NCBI GenBank assembly: GCA_902512415.1
Contig: CABXJB010000003.1
Coordinates: 1 to 51,775 of the forward strand
Source: an uncultured Alphaproteobacteria bacterium
GTDB lineage: Bacteria > Pseudomonadota > Alphaproteobacteria > HIMB59 > GCA-002718135
DNA length: 51,775 nucleotides
Reading direction: 5' to 3'
In this document: piece by piece, positions 17,536 through 27,183 of the stretch
How positions within the stretch are numbered: position 1 is the first letter of the stretch
How the letters are laid out: each line of letters starts with the position of its first letter
The notes under the pieces: generated by a model
What the model saw: the letters and a program-made list of their open reading frames with translations, nothing else
Database searches by the model: none
Told to the model about the DNA's origin: nothing
Program-made: the position numbers and the translations under genes

Positions 17536-19229
17536 TGAATGTAAAGAACAACCACCCTATTTCGGGAGGTAAAGCAGTTATTGAATGTCTTAAAGCCCAT
17601 AATGTTAAGTACGTATTTGGCTTAATTGGATCTGCTACAATGGAGCTCTTTGATGCGCTTTATGACGAGCAGAGCATAACTTTTATTGATGTAAGAGATG
17701 AGCGCACAGGCACTCATATGGCTGATGCATTTGCTAGAGCATCAGGCAATATTGGAGTTATGATTGCAGGTCAAAATGGCCCTGGTGCTACAAATCTTGT
17801 AACAGGTGTTGCTCAAGCGAAAGCTGCTTTTTCTCCTCTATTATCTATAGCTGGTGCAATCGCAACTGAACATCAGGGCAAAGATGCATTTCAAGAAGTT
17901 GATCAACAAAAATTATTTGAACCAATTACAAAGAAAACATTTTCTATCAAAGATACTAAATCAATTACAGAGGAATTGAACAAAGCATTAAATCTTTCAA
18001 CACAAGGAAAATGGGGGCCTGTTCATGTAAATATTCCTCGAGATGTACTTGCAGGGACAGAAAGTTTTGAAACTTTTAGAATTGAGAACAAAATTGAACA
18101 TAAAAAAATAAATCAAAATGATTTAGAAACAATTATTTCTTTGATTGAACAAGCATCTAAACCCGTAATTATTTGTGGTGCGGGAGTTAAAAATTCCAGA
18201 ACTCAGGATGAGATAATTTTACTTTCAAAAAAATTCAATATACCTGTTGTCTCTTCTGCTGGTCACGGAGATGTTATTTCATTTGAATACGAGCTATATG
18301 GTGGACAAATGGGACCAAGAGGTAATAAAGTAGCTTCCTCTCTTGTAAAAAATGCAGATTTAATTCTAGCTCTCGGAACAAGACTTGGTTTTAATTCAAC
18401 TTTTTATTCCTATGATAATATATCTGAATCAGCAAAAATTGTTCAAGTTGATATAGACCCAATTTCAATTGGTCGTTATTTTCCAGTTGAAGTAGGCATT
18501 CAAAATGACGTAAAAATATTTTTAGACAACTTAATATCTTTAACCAAAAATAAAGATTTAAAAAATGATAATCAAAGTTGGACTCAAAATTTTTTAAAAG
18601 AAAAAATAAATTATTATAAAGAAAGAGATAAAAAAGCTGATGTAAACTCAAAAATCATCCAACCATCAGGATTATTTAAGGAATTAAGAAATATAATACC
18701 CAAATATTCCTCAATAACACTAGATGCAGGCACTTTATGTCTTCAAGCAACTGATGAATTTAATTTTTTTAAACCTAAATCACTTTTTACTCCGTTAGAC
18801 TTTGGATTAGTTGGTTTTTCATTTGCAGCAGGCCTAGGTGTTAAACTAGCAAAACCCGATTTACCAGTATTTAGCTTAATGGGAGATGGAGGGTTTGGGA
18901 TGACAGTATCTGAATTATCAACCGCAGTTCATCACAAAATTAATACCATTACAATTATTATGAACAACAAATCATGGGGTGCAGAAAAAGCCTACCAAAG
19001 AGATTTTTATGATCAAAGATATATTGGAGCAGATATTAACAGCCCCCCTTTCCATAAACTTGCTGAAATCTATGGAGCTAAAGGTTATCACGTTAATGAA
19101 CTTAAAGATTTAAGAGAGGCTGTATCTGAAGCTTTGATTTGTAATAAACCTGCTATTATTAATGTCGAAGTTGACCCAAAAGCTCTTTATAGTTTTCGGA
19201 AAGATTCTTTTAAACATCGATCTAAATGA
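17535..19229 (+). CDS. TPP-dependent enzyme, sulfoacetaldehyde acetyltransferase (Xsc)-like paralog
   Basis: RDE, QNGPGATN, FQE, GDGGFGM...NN TPP motif and Xsc-like WGAEK. Confidence 0.85.
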   Translation: MNVKNNHPISGGKAVIECLKAHNVKYVFGLIGSATMELFDALYDEQSITFIDVRDERTGTHMADAFARASGNIGVMIAGQNGPGATNLVTGVAQAKAAFSPLLSIAGAIATEHQGKDAFQEVDQQKLFEPITKKTFSIKDTKSITEELNKALNLSTQGKWGPVHVNIPRDVLAGTESFETFRIENKIEHKKINQNDLETIISLIEQASKPVIICGAGVKNSRTQDEIILLSKKFNIPVVSSAGHGDVISFEYELYGGQMGPRGNKVASSLVKNADLILALGTRLGFNSTFYSYDNISESAKIVQVDIDPISIGRYFPVEVGIQNDVKIFLDNLISLTKNKDLKNDNQSWTQNFLKEKINYYKERDKKADVNSKIIQPSGLFKELRNIIPKYSSITLDAGTLCLQATDEFNFFKPKSLFTPLDFGLVGFSFAAGLGVKLAKPDLPVFSLMGDGGFGMTVSELSTAVHHKINTITIIMNNKSWGAEKAYQRDFYDQRYIGADINSPPFHKLAEIYGAKGYHVNELKDLREAVSEALICNKPAIINVEVDPKALYSFRKDSFKHRSK

Positions 19230-20008
19230 ACTTAAAAAAAATCTTAGACTCTCATGGAAATTATTATGAGATTAGTAAATTCAAAAAATATCCAACGACC
19301 ATTTTTATTCATGGTGTAGGCTTGGATAATACGATGTGGTATCCACAAAAGAAATACTTTCATAACAAATCAGTTTTATTTTATGATCTTTTTAATCACG
19401 GTCAATCAATTGGTGGTTTCAAAGATTTAAGCTTTGATATTTACAGCAATCAATTATTAAGTCTAATTAATGAATTACAATTAGAGAAAATTAATATTGT
19501 TGGATTTTCAATTGGAGCACTTATAGCTCAGCATTTTACGGAAAAGTTCTATGATAAAGTAAATAAATTAGTTTTAATTGGAAGTGTGTATCAAAGATCA
19601 GATAAACAAATTGAAACAGTTCAAAAAAGATATAACGAAGCTCTTAATGGAGCAAATATAACTATCGATTCAATTAAAAGATGGTTTTCAGAGAGTTATT
19701 TAAATAATAACCCTCAAGTTTATGATTTTTTTTATAAACTTTTAGAGAATAAAAAGGATGAAGATTTTTTACCTGCATACAAAATATTTGTAAACTCTGA
19801 TAAATATTCTATTAATTATAGTAATTTTAAAATGCCATCTTTAATCATGACAGGTGAAAATGAAATTGGCTCTACTCCATTAATGAGTGAAGGAATTAGC
19901 AAAGAAATTAAAAATAGTGATTTATATATTATTAAAAATGCAAAGCATGGTGCAACAATTGAACAGTCAAATGTTGTTAATGAAAAACTTAATAAATTTT
20001 TATTCTAA
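19226..20008 (+). CDS. Alpha/beta hydrolase (PcaD-like)
   Basis: IHGVG oxyanion motif, GFSIGA nucleophile elbow and C-terminal His (AKHG). Confidence 0.85.
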   Translation: MNLKKILDSHGNYYEISKFKKYPTTIFIHGVGLDNTMWYPQKKYFHNKSVLFYDLFNHGQSIGGFKDLSFDIYSNQLLSLINELQLEKINIVGFSIGALIAQHFTEKFYDKVNKLVLIGSVYQRSDKQIETVQKRYNEALNGANITIDSIKRWFSESYLNNNPQVYDFFYKLLENKKDEDFLPAYKIFVNSDKYSINYSNFKMPSLIMTGENEIGSTPLMSEGISKEIKNSDLYIIKNAKHGATIEQSNVVNEKLNKFLF

Positions 20009-20199
20009 TCTACTGAACAAGTCATATCTGCACCACAGCACAAAGGAGATTTAATTTTTCCGTGACCACTAGGACATTTTGAAATCTGAACCTCTGAACC
20101 ATCATCTTTTACTAATATATCATTCTGAAGAGGTTTATTACATTTAGCACAAGTTGCATTAACCGACATTCCACAAGTTTTACATTCGTAAGTTGCCAT
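20005..20199 (-). CDS. Small Cys-rich putative metal-binding protein (64 aa)
   Basis: CxxC-x7-CxxC...CxxxH...CC...C pattern. The AGGAG SD is spaced for the second ATG (20199). Confidence 0.8.
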   Translation of the reverse strand: MATYECKTCGMSVNATCAKCNKPLQNDILVKDDGSEVQISKCPSGHGKIKSPLCCGADMTCSVD

Positions 20200-20249
20200 C
20201 ATAACTCCTTTTATAAAAGTATATTTTTAGTTTTACTCAAAGTAAATAG

Positions 20250-21353
20250 TTAATTGGTTTCTGAAACTTGATATTTAGAACTATTTAGCCATTCTGGATT
20301 AATAATTACTCCCCATCCAGGCCTATCCGTAATGTTAACACAACCATTTTCTACTGCAAAAGGATTATCCAAAAATAAATCTTGTTGCCACGGGTAATAA
20401 TCCTCACCTTCAATAGAAAGCTCAAGGTATGGACCGGCATTAGGTATGGCTTTCAATAAATGCATGGTGCACATTGTAACTAATGATAAATTTGCAGCAT
20501 GAGGGGTGCATATGTATCCACCCTCTTCTATTATTTTTACAACTTGCAAAGTTCTTGTTAGTCCTCCTAAATACATTACATCAGGTTGAAAAATATTTAC
20601 AATCTTTCTTTCAACCATATCATTCCATATTCTTATATCACAGTCTTGTTCTCCACCAGTAACATCTATCGACAGTGCATCTGTAACTTCCTTTGTTTGT
20701 TCTGGTTCCCAATATGGGCAGGGCTCTTCGAAATGTATCACATTATTATCTTCTAAAAGTTTTCCTATTTCAATTGCCTGAACCGAAGAGAAGCAACTGT
20801 TTGCATCAACTAATTTTTTTACAGAACTATCAAGTGATTTATTTATTGTTTTTACAATATCCTCAGTTCTGCCTTCCCATTCATCCAATCCTCTTCCACA
20901 CTCAGCTCCAATTCTAAATTTAAAAGCATTAATTCCTTTTTCTTGAAATAACTTTTTAAAACGATCAGCTTCATCAATAGCACTAATTTCTCTTTTCATA
21001 GATGAGCCATATACTTTTAGAGGACCTGTTTTGCCTCCTATTAATTCTACCACAGGCTTATTTTCTAATTTACCCTTTAAGTCCCATAAAGAGGTGTCAA
21101 GACCTGCTATTGCCCTTAATAGATATGATCCAGGAAATTTATGTTCTTTTTCTAATACTAAATTTTCGATATCATTAAAGTCAGTCCATAATTTATCTAA
21201 AACCCAAGGTGCAACTTGTTTGTGAAATATTTGCGCAGTAATATCTGCTTGATATGTAGACATTTGACCATATCCTTCAGAACCATCCTCTAAAGTTGTT
21301 TTAACAAAACTAACATATGGTTTGGTAAAAGTTTCTAATTTTTTAATTTTCAT
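20250..21353 (-). CDS. Mandelate racemase/muconate lactonizing enzyme family protein
   Basis: LWDLKGK, KFR, VDAN, FEEP, GGEQ, QPD and PH enolase-superfamily motifs. Confidence 0.9.
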   Translation of the reverse strand: MKIKKLETFTKPYVSFVKTTLEDGSEGYGQMSTYQADITAQIFHKQVAPWVLDKLWTDFNDIENLVLEKEHKFPGSYLLRAIAGLDTSLWDLKGKLENKPVVELIGGKTGPLKVYGSSMKREISAIDEADRFKKLFQEKGINAFKFRIGAECGRGLDEWEGRTEDIVKTINKSLDSSVKKLVDANSCFSSVQAIEIGKLLEDNNVIHFEEPCPYWEPEQTKEVTDALSIDVTGGEQDCDIRIWNDMVERKIVNIFQPDVMYLGGLTRTLQVVKIIEEGGYICTPHAANLSLVTMCTMHLLKAIPNAGPYLELSIEGEDYYPWQQDLFLDNPFAVENGCVNITDRPGWGVIINPEWLNSSKYQVSETN

Positions 21354-22969
21354 TGATATCGTCTTTTTAATTCTTCTAAAATAATTTTGCTAGACAAATG
21401 TGATAACATCATAACAGGTGCGTTAATATTTCCGGAGGTAATATTTGGCATGGTGGACGCATCAACTATCCATAAATTATCTAAACCATGAACTTTTAAT
21501 TTTTCTGATACAACGCCTGAATCAATATCCTTACTCATTCGACATGTCCCACATGGGTGATAAATGGTTGTTGCATTTGATTTAAAATGATCAAGTAATT
21601 CATGATCAGTAGCTTTTATAGGATCAATATTGACAGGAGATTTAATAATATCACTAATATTTTTATTAGTAGAAAACTTCCTCATAAAATCAAATGTTGC
21701 ATACAAATCATGAATATCTCTTTCATCACTTAAAAAATTAGGATTGATGCTTGGCAGATAATCGTCTTTAAATGATTTGAGCTTAACCTCACCAAGACTT
21801 TTTGGTCTACATGAATTAAAACCAATTATAAAACCATTGAATTTATCAGTTTTAAGTAAAGGCCTTCTATTTTTGTATGAAACTGAATATGTTAAGGGAT
21901 TAAAATATAGTTGAATATTGGGATATGGATCAAGAGAATTCCAATTAATATATCCTCCTCCCTGATTTAAACTTAAAGATAAAGGTCCGCTCCTATTGTA
22001 TAAATATCTTAAAGCTGATTTTATTCTTCCTCCCCACGTACCTAAATCTTTATTTAATGTTAGTGTTAAAGTTTTGTATAAATAATCTAAACCTAAATGA
22101 TCTTGAAAGTTTTTACCAACGTGAGGACTATGTAAATTTAATGGTATATTATGATCTTTCAAATCTTTAGCATTACCAATACCTGATTTTAATAGTAAAT
22201 AAGGCGTCATAATAGAACCACTAGAGAGGATAGTACCAATCTTAGGTTTCACAGTAATTATTTTATTTTTATGCTTAATATTTAAGCCTACTATTTTTTT
22301 ATTTTCGTAATTTAATTTTAACACTTCCGTTTTAGTAAGAATGGTTAAATTATAATGATTCTTTATAGGTTTTAAAAAAACTTTAGATGATGAAGTTCTA
22401 AAACCTTTAAATATATTAACATTGTAGTTTCCTACCTGATTTTCAGTTGAGCTTTTAAGTTGTTTATTAAATGTAAAATCAAAATCCTTAGAAGCATCAA
22501 AAAAATTCTTTAAAATTGAATGGTGTTGTTTACTAATATCATTTACGGGAATTTTATTAGAGGGTAATGTTTTTGTATTTTCATTAACTTTAAATTCTAT
22601 TTGGTCATAAGATTTTTTAATATTATCCCATGACCAGTTTTCACTTAAATTCCAATTTTCAAAATCAGATTTTAAACCTCTTGCATAAATCATTGCATTA
22701 ATTGAACCTGATCCACCTAATACTTTACCTCGTGGATAATAAACTTCACGATTATGCAGGTTTTCTTGAGTTTCAGAATAAAAATTCCAATTCATTTTTT
22801 TATTATAGAAAGTCATTCCATAGCCAAGAGGTACTTGAATAACTGGATTATTATCGCTGGAACCCGCTTCTATCAACAATACTTTATAATTTGTGTTTTT
22901 GATTATTTGATTAGCTATAATACACCCCGCTGAACCAGCACCTACAATCGCGATGTCAAAATTTTCCAA
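21350..22969 (-). CDS. GMC family oxidoreductase (choline dehydrogenase-like)
   Basis: GAGSAG, RGKVLGGSGSINAM, VGKNFQDH, YHPCGTCRM and SGNINAP. Confidence 0.92.
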   Translation of the reverse strand: MENFDIAIVGAGSAGCIIANQIIKNTNYKVLLIEAGSSDNNPVIQVPLGYGMTFYNKKMNWNFYSETQENLHNREVYYPRGKVLGGSGSINAMIYARGLKSDFENWNLSENWSWDNIKKSYDQIEFKVNENTKTLPSNKIPVNDISKQHHSILKNFFDASKDFDFTFNKQLKSSTENQVGNYNVNIFKGFRTSSSKVFLKPIKNHYNLTILTKTEVLKLNYENKKIVGLNIKHKNKIITVKPKIGTILSSGSIMTPYLLLKSGIGNAKDLKDHNIPLNLHSPHVGKNFQDHLGLDYLYKTLTLTLNKDLGTWGGRIKSALRYLYNRSGPLSLSLNQGGGYINWNSLDPYPNIQLYFNPLTYSVSYKNRRPLLKTDKFNGFIIGFNSCRPKSLGEVKLKSFKDDYLPSINPNFLSDERDIHDLYATFDFMRKFSTNKNISDIIKSPVNIDPIKATDHELLDHFKSNATTIYHPCGTCRMSKDIDSGVVSEKLKVHGLDNLWIVDASTMPNITSGNINAPVMMLSHLSSKIILEELKRRYQ

Positions 22970-22973
22970 GATA

Positions 22974-23996
22974 TTAGAAAGTTTCAGTTACCTTAGTTAA
23001 ATAACGAGGTTTATCAGGATCAAGGCCTTTTTTTTGAGCATATCGAACAATCCACGGATAAAATTTTGTCATTATGACTATAGAATCAAATTCCATAATT
23101 TTATTTGCTGGAAAGTAGAAATTTTCACTTCCCTTCATTGTTGAAGTAATATTATAAAAAAGTTTTGTATACTTTGAAATTTCATTACTATCTTTTATTA
23201 CTGTTTGACCGCTTGTGTCATTCATACTTAAAGTAAAAAGCTTAAAGGTGTCTTGAATTAAACTTTTGGGACCATGCATAACTTCTGCACTACTAAAAGG
23301 CTCTATCATTTCTTGACATAATTCCTTAAATTTAAGAGAAATCTCATTAGAGAGTGCAAAACCAACACCTCTTCCTAGAATAAAACCTGAATTAATACTT
23401 TTATTTACTAGATCTACATTCCATTGATTATTTTCATCCTCCAAAAGTGTTTCACTTAAGAGCTTTATACTATCATTAATTTGTTTTCTTCCCTCACATA
23501 TAAATACTAGCTTTTTTAAGATCAATAAAGTTTGCACAAATGATTTAGTGGCAGCTACACTTTTTTCTATACCTGCAAACATATTAAAGAAATAATTAGC
23601 AGAATTAACAATGGGACTATTTTCATTATTAGATATTAGCACTGTAATAGCTCCCATTTCTTGAGATTTTTTTTCACATTCAATTAAATCAGAACTTTTA
23701 CCCGATTGACTAATAACTATTACTAAAGCTTCAGAAAAATCAAATTTAGATTTTTCTAAAGTGATAATTGATGGCGGCATACTATATGATGGTAGTCCTA
23801 AATATTTTGCAAAAATATAAGAACTATATAACGCTGCACAATCAGAAGTTCCTCTTGCAACAGTAACTATATATTTTATTTTTTTTTGACTAATTAAATT
23901 TGCTATTTCTTGATATTGATTATTATCGATTTGAGAAAACTTATCTATAACCAATGGTATACTTAGTGCCTCTTGTAAAACTAGAGAGTTACTCAC
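22974..23996 (-). CDS. SIS-domain glucosamine-6-phosphate deaminase (NagB-II type)
   Basis: ARGTS, ISQSGKS, EKSVAATKS, SAEVMHGP and GLDPDKPRYLTKVT. Overlaps nagA. Confidence 0.85.
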   Translation of the reverse strand: MSNSLVLQEALSIPLVIDKFSQIDNNQYQEIANLISQKKIKYIVTVARGTSDCAALYSSYIFAKYLGLPSYSMPPSIITLEKSKFDFSEALVIVISQSGKSSDLIECEKKSQEMGAITVLISNNENSPIVNSANYFFNMFAGIEKSVAATKSFVQTLLILKKLVFICEGRKQINDSIKLLSETLLEDENNQWNVDLVNKSINSGFILGRGVGFALSNEISLKFKELCQEMIEPFSSAEVMHGPKSLIQDTFKLFTLSMNDTSGQTVIKDSNEISKYTKLFYNITSTMKGSENFYFPANKIMEFDSIVIMTKFYPWIVRYAQKKGLDPDKPRYLTKVTETF

Positions 23997-25074
23997 TTAC
24001 CAATTCCCCATTTAAAAAAATTTTAAGTAAATTTAAATTTTTATCCATAACAATAAAGTTTGATAAATTATTTTTTTCTAAAACACCTACATTTTCTAAT
24101 TTTAAATATTTTGATGCATTGTAACTTGTCATTCTAACAGCTTCTTCAAGAGAAAAGTTCATATCAACTAAATTTTTAAATGTTTCATGCATGGTTATTG
24201 AGCTACCTGCAAGTGTGTTTGAGTTTTTTAAATAAACTTTATTGTTTTTCTTTTCTACAGTAACTCCTGCAAAATTATACATACCATCATCTAAGCCTGT
24301 AGCAGATATGGCATCTGAAATAGCATATAGTCCAGGAATACACTTGTGAGCAATTTTAATTCCTTCTTCACTTACATGATTATTGTCACATATAATTTCA
24401 GCATATTTACCATTTAATAAAGCAGATGATAAAACTCCAGACTCTCTACTAGTGTGTCCGGACATAGCATTATATAAGTGCGTAAAGCCAATTGGATATT
24501 TACTCAAATATTCATTTGAAGTTTTAAAGTCAGCCAAAGTATGACCAAATTGCACTTGTATTTTTTTACTTATTAGAAATTTAATAAATTCATTCATTCC
24601 TTCTATTTCAGGTGCGAGAGTAATAACTTTAATATTAGCTATCTCGAGAATATTTTCTATAAATTCACTTGAAGGAAGATGGGTTAATGCTGGTTGAGCA
24701 CCTAATTTATTTGGATTAATAAAAGGACCTTCAAGATGAATCCCCTCAATATTATTTGTTGTATCTGCTACAAGTTTATTAACATCATGAAGAGCTTTTT
24801 TAATATGATCAAACTTACTTGTCCACGTCGTTGGTAATAATGTTGTAGTACCATTTAATAAATGAAAATGACTCATTTTTTTTATTGAGTCGTAACCATG
24901 CATCGTATCAAAGCCTGCTCCTCCATGACAATGGAGGTCTATATAACCAGGTAAGATAATAAGATTATCATCAACTTTTTCTTCTTTATGAATTTTTTCT
25001 ATTTTATTATTAAAAAAAATTTCGCCATAAAAGCTTTCATTATAATTTATAATTTTACCTTTTATTGAATTCAA
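23989..25074 (-). CDS. nagA: N-acetylglucosamine-6-phosphate deacetylase
   Basis: PGYIDLHCHG, HLEGPF, TLAPE, THLYNAM, SDA and LAGS. Confidence 0.93.
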   Translation of the reverse strand: MNSIKGKIINYNESFYGEIFFNNKIEKIHKEEKVDDNLIILPGYIDLHCHGGAGFDTMHGYDSIKKMSHFHLLNGTTTLLPTTWTSKFDHIKKALHDVNKLVADTTNNIEGIHLEGPFINPNKLGAQPALTHLPSSEFIENILEIANIKVITLAPEIEGMNEFIKFLISKKIQVQFGHTLADFKTSNEYLSKYPIGFTHLYNAMSGHTSRESGVLSSALLNGKYAEIICDNNHVSEEGIKIAHKCIPGLYAISDAISATGLDDGMYNFAGVTVEKKNNKVYLKNSNTLAGSSITMHETFKNLVDMNFSLEEAVRMTSYNASKYLKLENVGVLEKNNLSNFIVMDKNLNLLKIFLNGELVSE

Positions 25075-25134
25075 AACATTATCCGTATTATTTATTTTTA
25101 TTTTAACTAAATTAAATGTATTTATAATCTATAT

Positions 25135-25863
25135 ATGAATATCTCGATAGAAAAATTATCAATAAAAATTAATGAAATAATAAATAAAATATCAAATAAA
25201 GAAAAAGGTAAAATTAAAAAAGTTGCTAAAATATTATCTAAAAAGTACCTAGAAGGAAGTCATCTATATATTTTTGGCACAGGTCATAATCATTGTATTG
25301 CTGAAGAAAGCTTGCATAGAGCAGGTGCTTTTGCAGGAGTTACACCTATACTTGATAAAAATATTGATTTTAGTAAAGGAATTACTAGAGCCTCAGCTAA
25401 TGAAAGAGATAAATCTTTAGCAAAAAAAATCTTTGAAAAATTTAAACCTTTAAAATGTGACTCAATTATAATCTTTTCTAACAGTGGGGTTAATCAACTA
25501 CCAATTGAAATAAGCAAAATAGCTAAGCAAAAAGGGTTATTTGTTATTGTTGTTTTATCAATAAAATACGCAAATTCACTCTCAAAAAAAACTTTTAAAA
25601 ACTTAAGTCACTTTTGTGATATTCATATCAATAACTACAGTCCAATTGGAGATACTATATTTGAAGAAAAAAATATTGGAATTTCATCATCTTCTACAAT
25701 TGCAGGAATTTTTATTCTTAATTCTTTATGGGCTGAAATGTATAAATTTTTAAAGAATGAAACACCTTTACCTTTCTATAAAAGCTCAAATCTTCCAAGA
25801 AGTAATTTACATAATAAAATAATAGAAAATAAATTTAAAAATAAGAATATTTTTTTAAAATAA
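25135..25863 (+). CDS. Single SIS-domain sugar isomerase family protein
   Basis: FGTGHNH, FSNSG and SSSTIAG motifs. Divergent from nagA. Confidence 0.8.
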   Translation: MNISIEKLSIKINEIINKISNKEKGKIKKVAKILSKKYLEGSHLYIFGTGHNHCIAEESLHRAGAFAGVTPILDKNIDFSKGITRASANERDKSLAKKIFEKFKPLKCDSIIIFSNSGVNQLPIEISKIAKQKGLFVIVVLSIKYANSLSKKTFKNLSHFCDIHINNYSPIGDTIFEEKNIGISSSSTIAGIFILNSLWAEMYKFLKNETPLPFYKSSNLPRSNLHNKIIENKFKNKNIFLK

Positions 25864-25890
25864 TTCTGGGGCATAAATGCCCCAGAAAAA
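25864..25890. terminator. Terminator between convergent genes (U-tract on - strand)
   Basis: TTCTGGGGCAT-aa-ATGCCCCAGAA followed by As. Confidence 0.8.
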
Positions 25891-25899
25891 ATAAATAGT

Positions 25900-27111
25900 T
25901 TATTTGTATTCTTCCAATTCTTCAGCTGCTTCTGCAACTAAATCTACTGCATCACCCTCTCCAAGAATTGCTCCTTGAATCATTGAGTTCATTACAGTTT
26001 GGAATGCTTTATAATCAACAAATAGTGGCTCAGGTCCACCATCACCAATTGCATCAATAAACATCATCCAATAATCTTCATTGTATGGTGCAACTGCTCC
26101 AATTTGTGGATACTGCATTATTGGAGTCAAACCCCAATCAGTATCTAAGCTGTATTGAGAATCACCAGACGAAATGATGCTTGCTAACGCCATTGCATGC
26201 TCTTCAACACCAGTGTTATTGAAAACTGCAATACTATCTGTGATTAATAGAGTGCCTTGACTACCTTGTGGTCCAGCAGGAATTCTAACTGTACTTACAT
26301 TTAATCCTTCCTTATGCTGACCTCTTCCCCAAGGGCCATTAATATACATAGCAATTTTTTCATCATTAAATAGTTCAGTAAGTTGAGATCTCTCCCAAGC
26401 TAACGGACCTTCTTGAGCTACGTTAGCAAGTTTTCCATAAAATTCTAGAGCTTGAACTGTATTAGATGAATCAAGAGTTATCTCATTAGTTAAAGGATCA
26501 ATAACTTGCCCTCCATTACTATAAAGATAGTTTAAGAATTGGTGCATTGTATTATCAAAATCTTTACCTGCCAAACCAATGCCGGCAACTCCAGCAACAT
26601 TATTTGTCACAGCTTCTGCCATTGAATATAATTCATCCCATGTTTGAGGGCCTTCACAAGCAACACCTGCTTGCTCTAGTAAACCACAATTCATGAAAAG
26701 AGCTTTAGTTGAAAACGCGTGAGGGAAACCCCAAGTTTTGCCCATATGCGTAACTGTATTCAAAATACCTGGTTGATACATTGCTTGTTGAGAAGCAGGG
26801 ATATTTGTTTCTAAAATATGTCCATTCTCTGCAAGACCTTTTAAAGTTCTTGAACCTACATAAGAAAATGCAACTGGATCTCCTGCAATTGCAAGATTTA
26901 TTACTTTATCCTGACAAGTACCCCAAGGAACAGCCTCTAATGTTACATTAACACCAGGATTATTTTTCATATACTCATCAGCTATTTCTACGTAATTAGG
27001 TCTAAGATCACTACCACAAAAAACCCCATGCACATCAGCTGCAAAAGTTTTAAAACCAGTAAGTGAAAATATTGAAATTATAAGAAATGAAGATAGTTTT
27101 TTTAAATTCAT
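25900..27111 (-). CDS. Carbohydrate (probably amino-sugar) ABC transporter substrate-binding protein
   Basis: Signal peptide from MNLKKL with GGAGG SD. SBP_bac_1-like motifs TWDEL and AMYINGPW. Located in the nag cluster. Confidence 0.88.
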   Translation of the reverse strand: MNLKKLSSFLIISIFSLTGFKTFAADVHGVFCGSDLRPNYVEIADEYMKNNPGVNVTLEAVPWGTCQDKVINLAIAGDPVAFSYVGSRTLKGLAENGHILETNIPASQQAMYQPGILNTVTHMGKTWGFPHAFSTKALFMNCGLLEQAGVACEGPQTWDELYSMAEAVTNNVAGVAGIGLAGKDFDNTMHQFLNYLYSNGGQVIDPLTNEITLDSSNTVQALEFYGKLANVAQEGPLAWERSQLTELFNDEKIAMYINGPWGRGQHKEGLNVSTVRIPAGPQGSQGTLLITDSIAVFNNTGVEEHAMALASIISSGDSQYSLDTDWGLTPIMQYPQIGAVAPYNEDYWMMFIDAIGDGGPEPLFVDYKAFQTVMNSMIQGAILGEGDAVDLVAEAAEELEEYK

Positions 27112-27183
27112 ATTTCCTCCATTATTTATAAGACACATAACATTAAGTGGTAATATGGATCAAGGTTGTTTTACTGTTTAAGG

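Noticed and set aside
17535-19229. Assigning gene symbol xsc or ilvB
   Set aside because: Only partial motif similarity to Xsc, and no taurine or ilvH context.
6415-27138. Upstream TTG/GTG/ATG starts given by the ORF track for LacI (7470), HAD (14204), LLM (16351) and SBP (27138)
   Set aside because: Downstream ATGs (7428, 14168, 16363, 27111) fit the SD position and/or the domain start better.
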